The notes beneath the pieces are model-generated. The model ran no database searches and was not told the DNA's origin. It worked only from the letters and a program-made list of their open reading frames with translations. Made by a program: the position numbers and the translations under genes. DNA of 59,318 bases, counting the filler. It is 5 parts of 5 records of this genome, joined end to end, with 100 filler letters (N's around TTAATTAATTAA, not from the genome) between each part and the next. Parts side by side here need not be neighbours in the genome. Positions count along the whole stretch, not along the records: positions 53,395 to 59,318 come from SRR20825006_872; 4 more parts are not named here. The stretch is one strand, 5' to 3'. This document shows positions 59,289 through 59,318 of the stretch, piece after piece; position 1 is the stretch's first letter, and each line of letters starts with the position of its first letter.

Positions 59289-59318
59289 AAAAGCCCCCTG
59301 CGAGTGATATTCGCAGGG
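59289..59318 (-). terminator. Probable terminator of an unseen convergent gene (truncated at the window end)
   Basis: AAAAGCCCCCTGCGA-GTGATAT-TCGCAGGG. Confidence 0.5.

Overview
This window is not one genomic locus. It contains five contigs joined by artificial 100-bp linkers (44 N + TTAATTAATTAA + 44 N), and they appear to come from about four organisms; the taxonomy below is inferred from composition and protein style only. (1) 1-16910 is a high-GC, TCGA-rich Myxococcota/Bradymonadales-like contig. It carries a partial DUF3419/BtaA-like gene, an EamA transporter, a pilin-like membrane protein, a soluble 3xPAS chemoreceptor with a sigma-28-like promoter, an aldo-keto reductase, a NarX-type sensor kinase, lipid/ester enzymes, hmgA, three tandem uncharacterised membrane paralogs, long palindromes and an orphan terminator. 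(2) 17011-33919 is a mid-GC alphaproteobacterial contig with tRNA-Cys, tRNA-Asn, mobA, a puuA/puuB/ALDH-like amine pathway, ubiTUV, cysD/cysNC, cysteine synthase, alaX and aapJ/aapP. (3) 34020-40458 is a planctomycete-like contig with tadC, DUF192, an RcnA-like gene, Uma2, a COG0523 GTPase/flavoprotein module and intergenic 9-mer repeat palindromes. (4) 40559-53294 is a high-GC Rhodobacteraceae-like contig with an 11-gene catabolic operon of unknown substrate, transcribed divergently from an ABC ATPase, with two matching operator palindromes between them. (5) 53395-59318 resembles contig 1 and carries a sulfite reductase, DUF934 and three tandem exported PQQ-like propeller paralogs. The best candidates for undescribed biology are the 11-gene operon (its CoA-transferase-like beta subunit seems to lack the catalytic Glu), the two paralog triplets, the COG0523/Cys-tailed flavoprotein module and the candidate sRNA at about 9.1-9.3 kb. 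I saw no CRISPR array, rRNA, transposase, integrase or phage gene.
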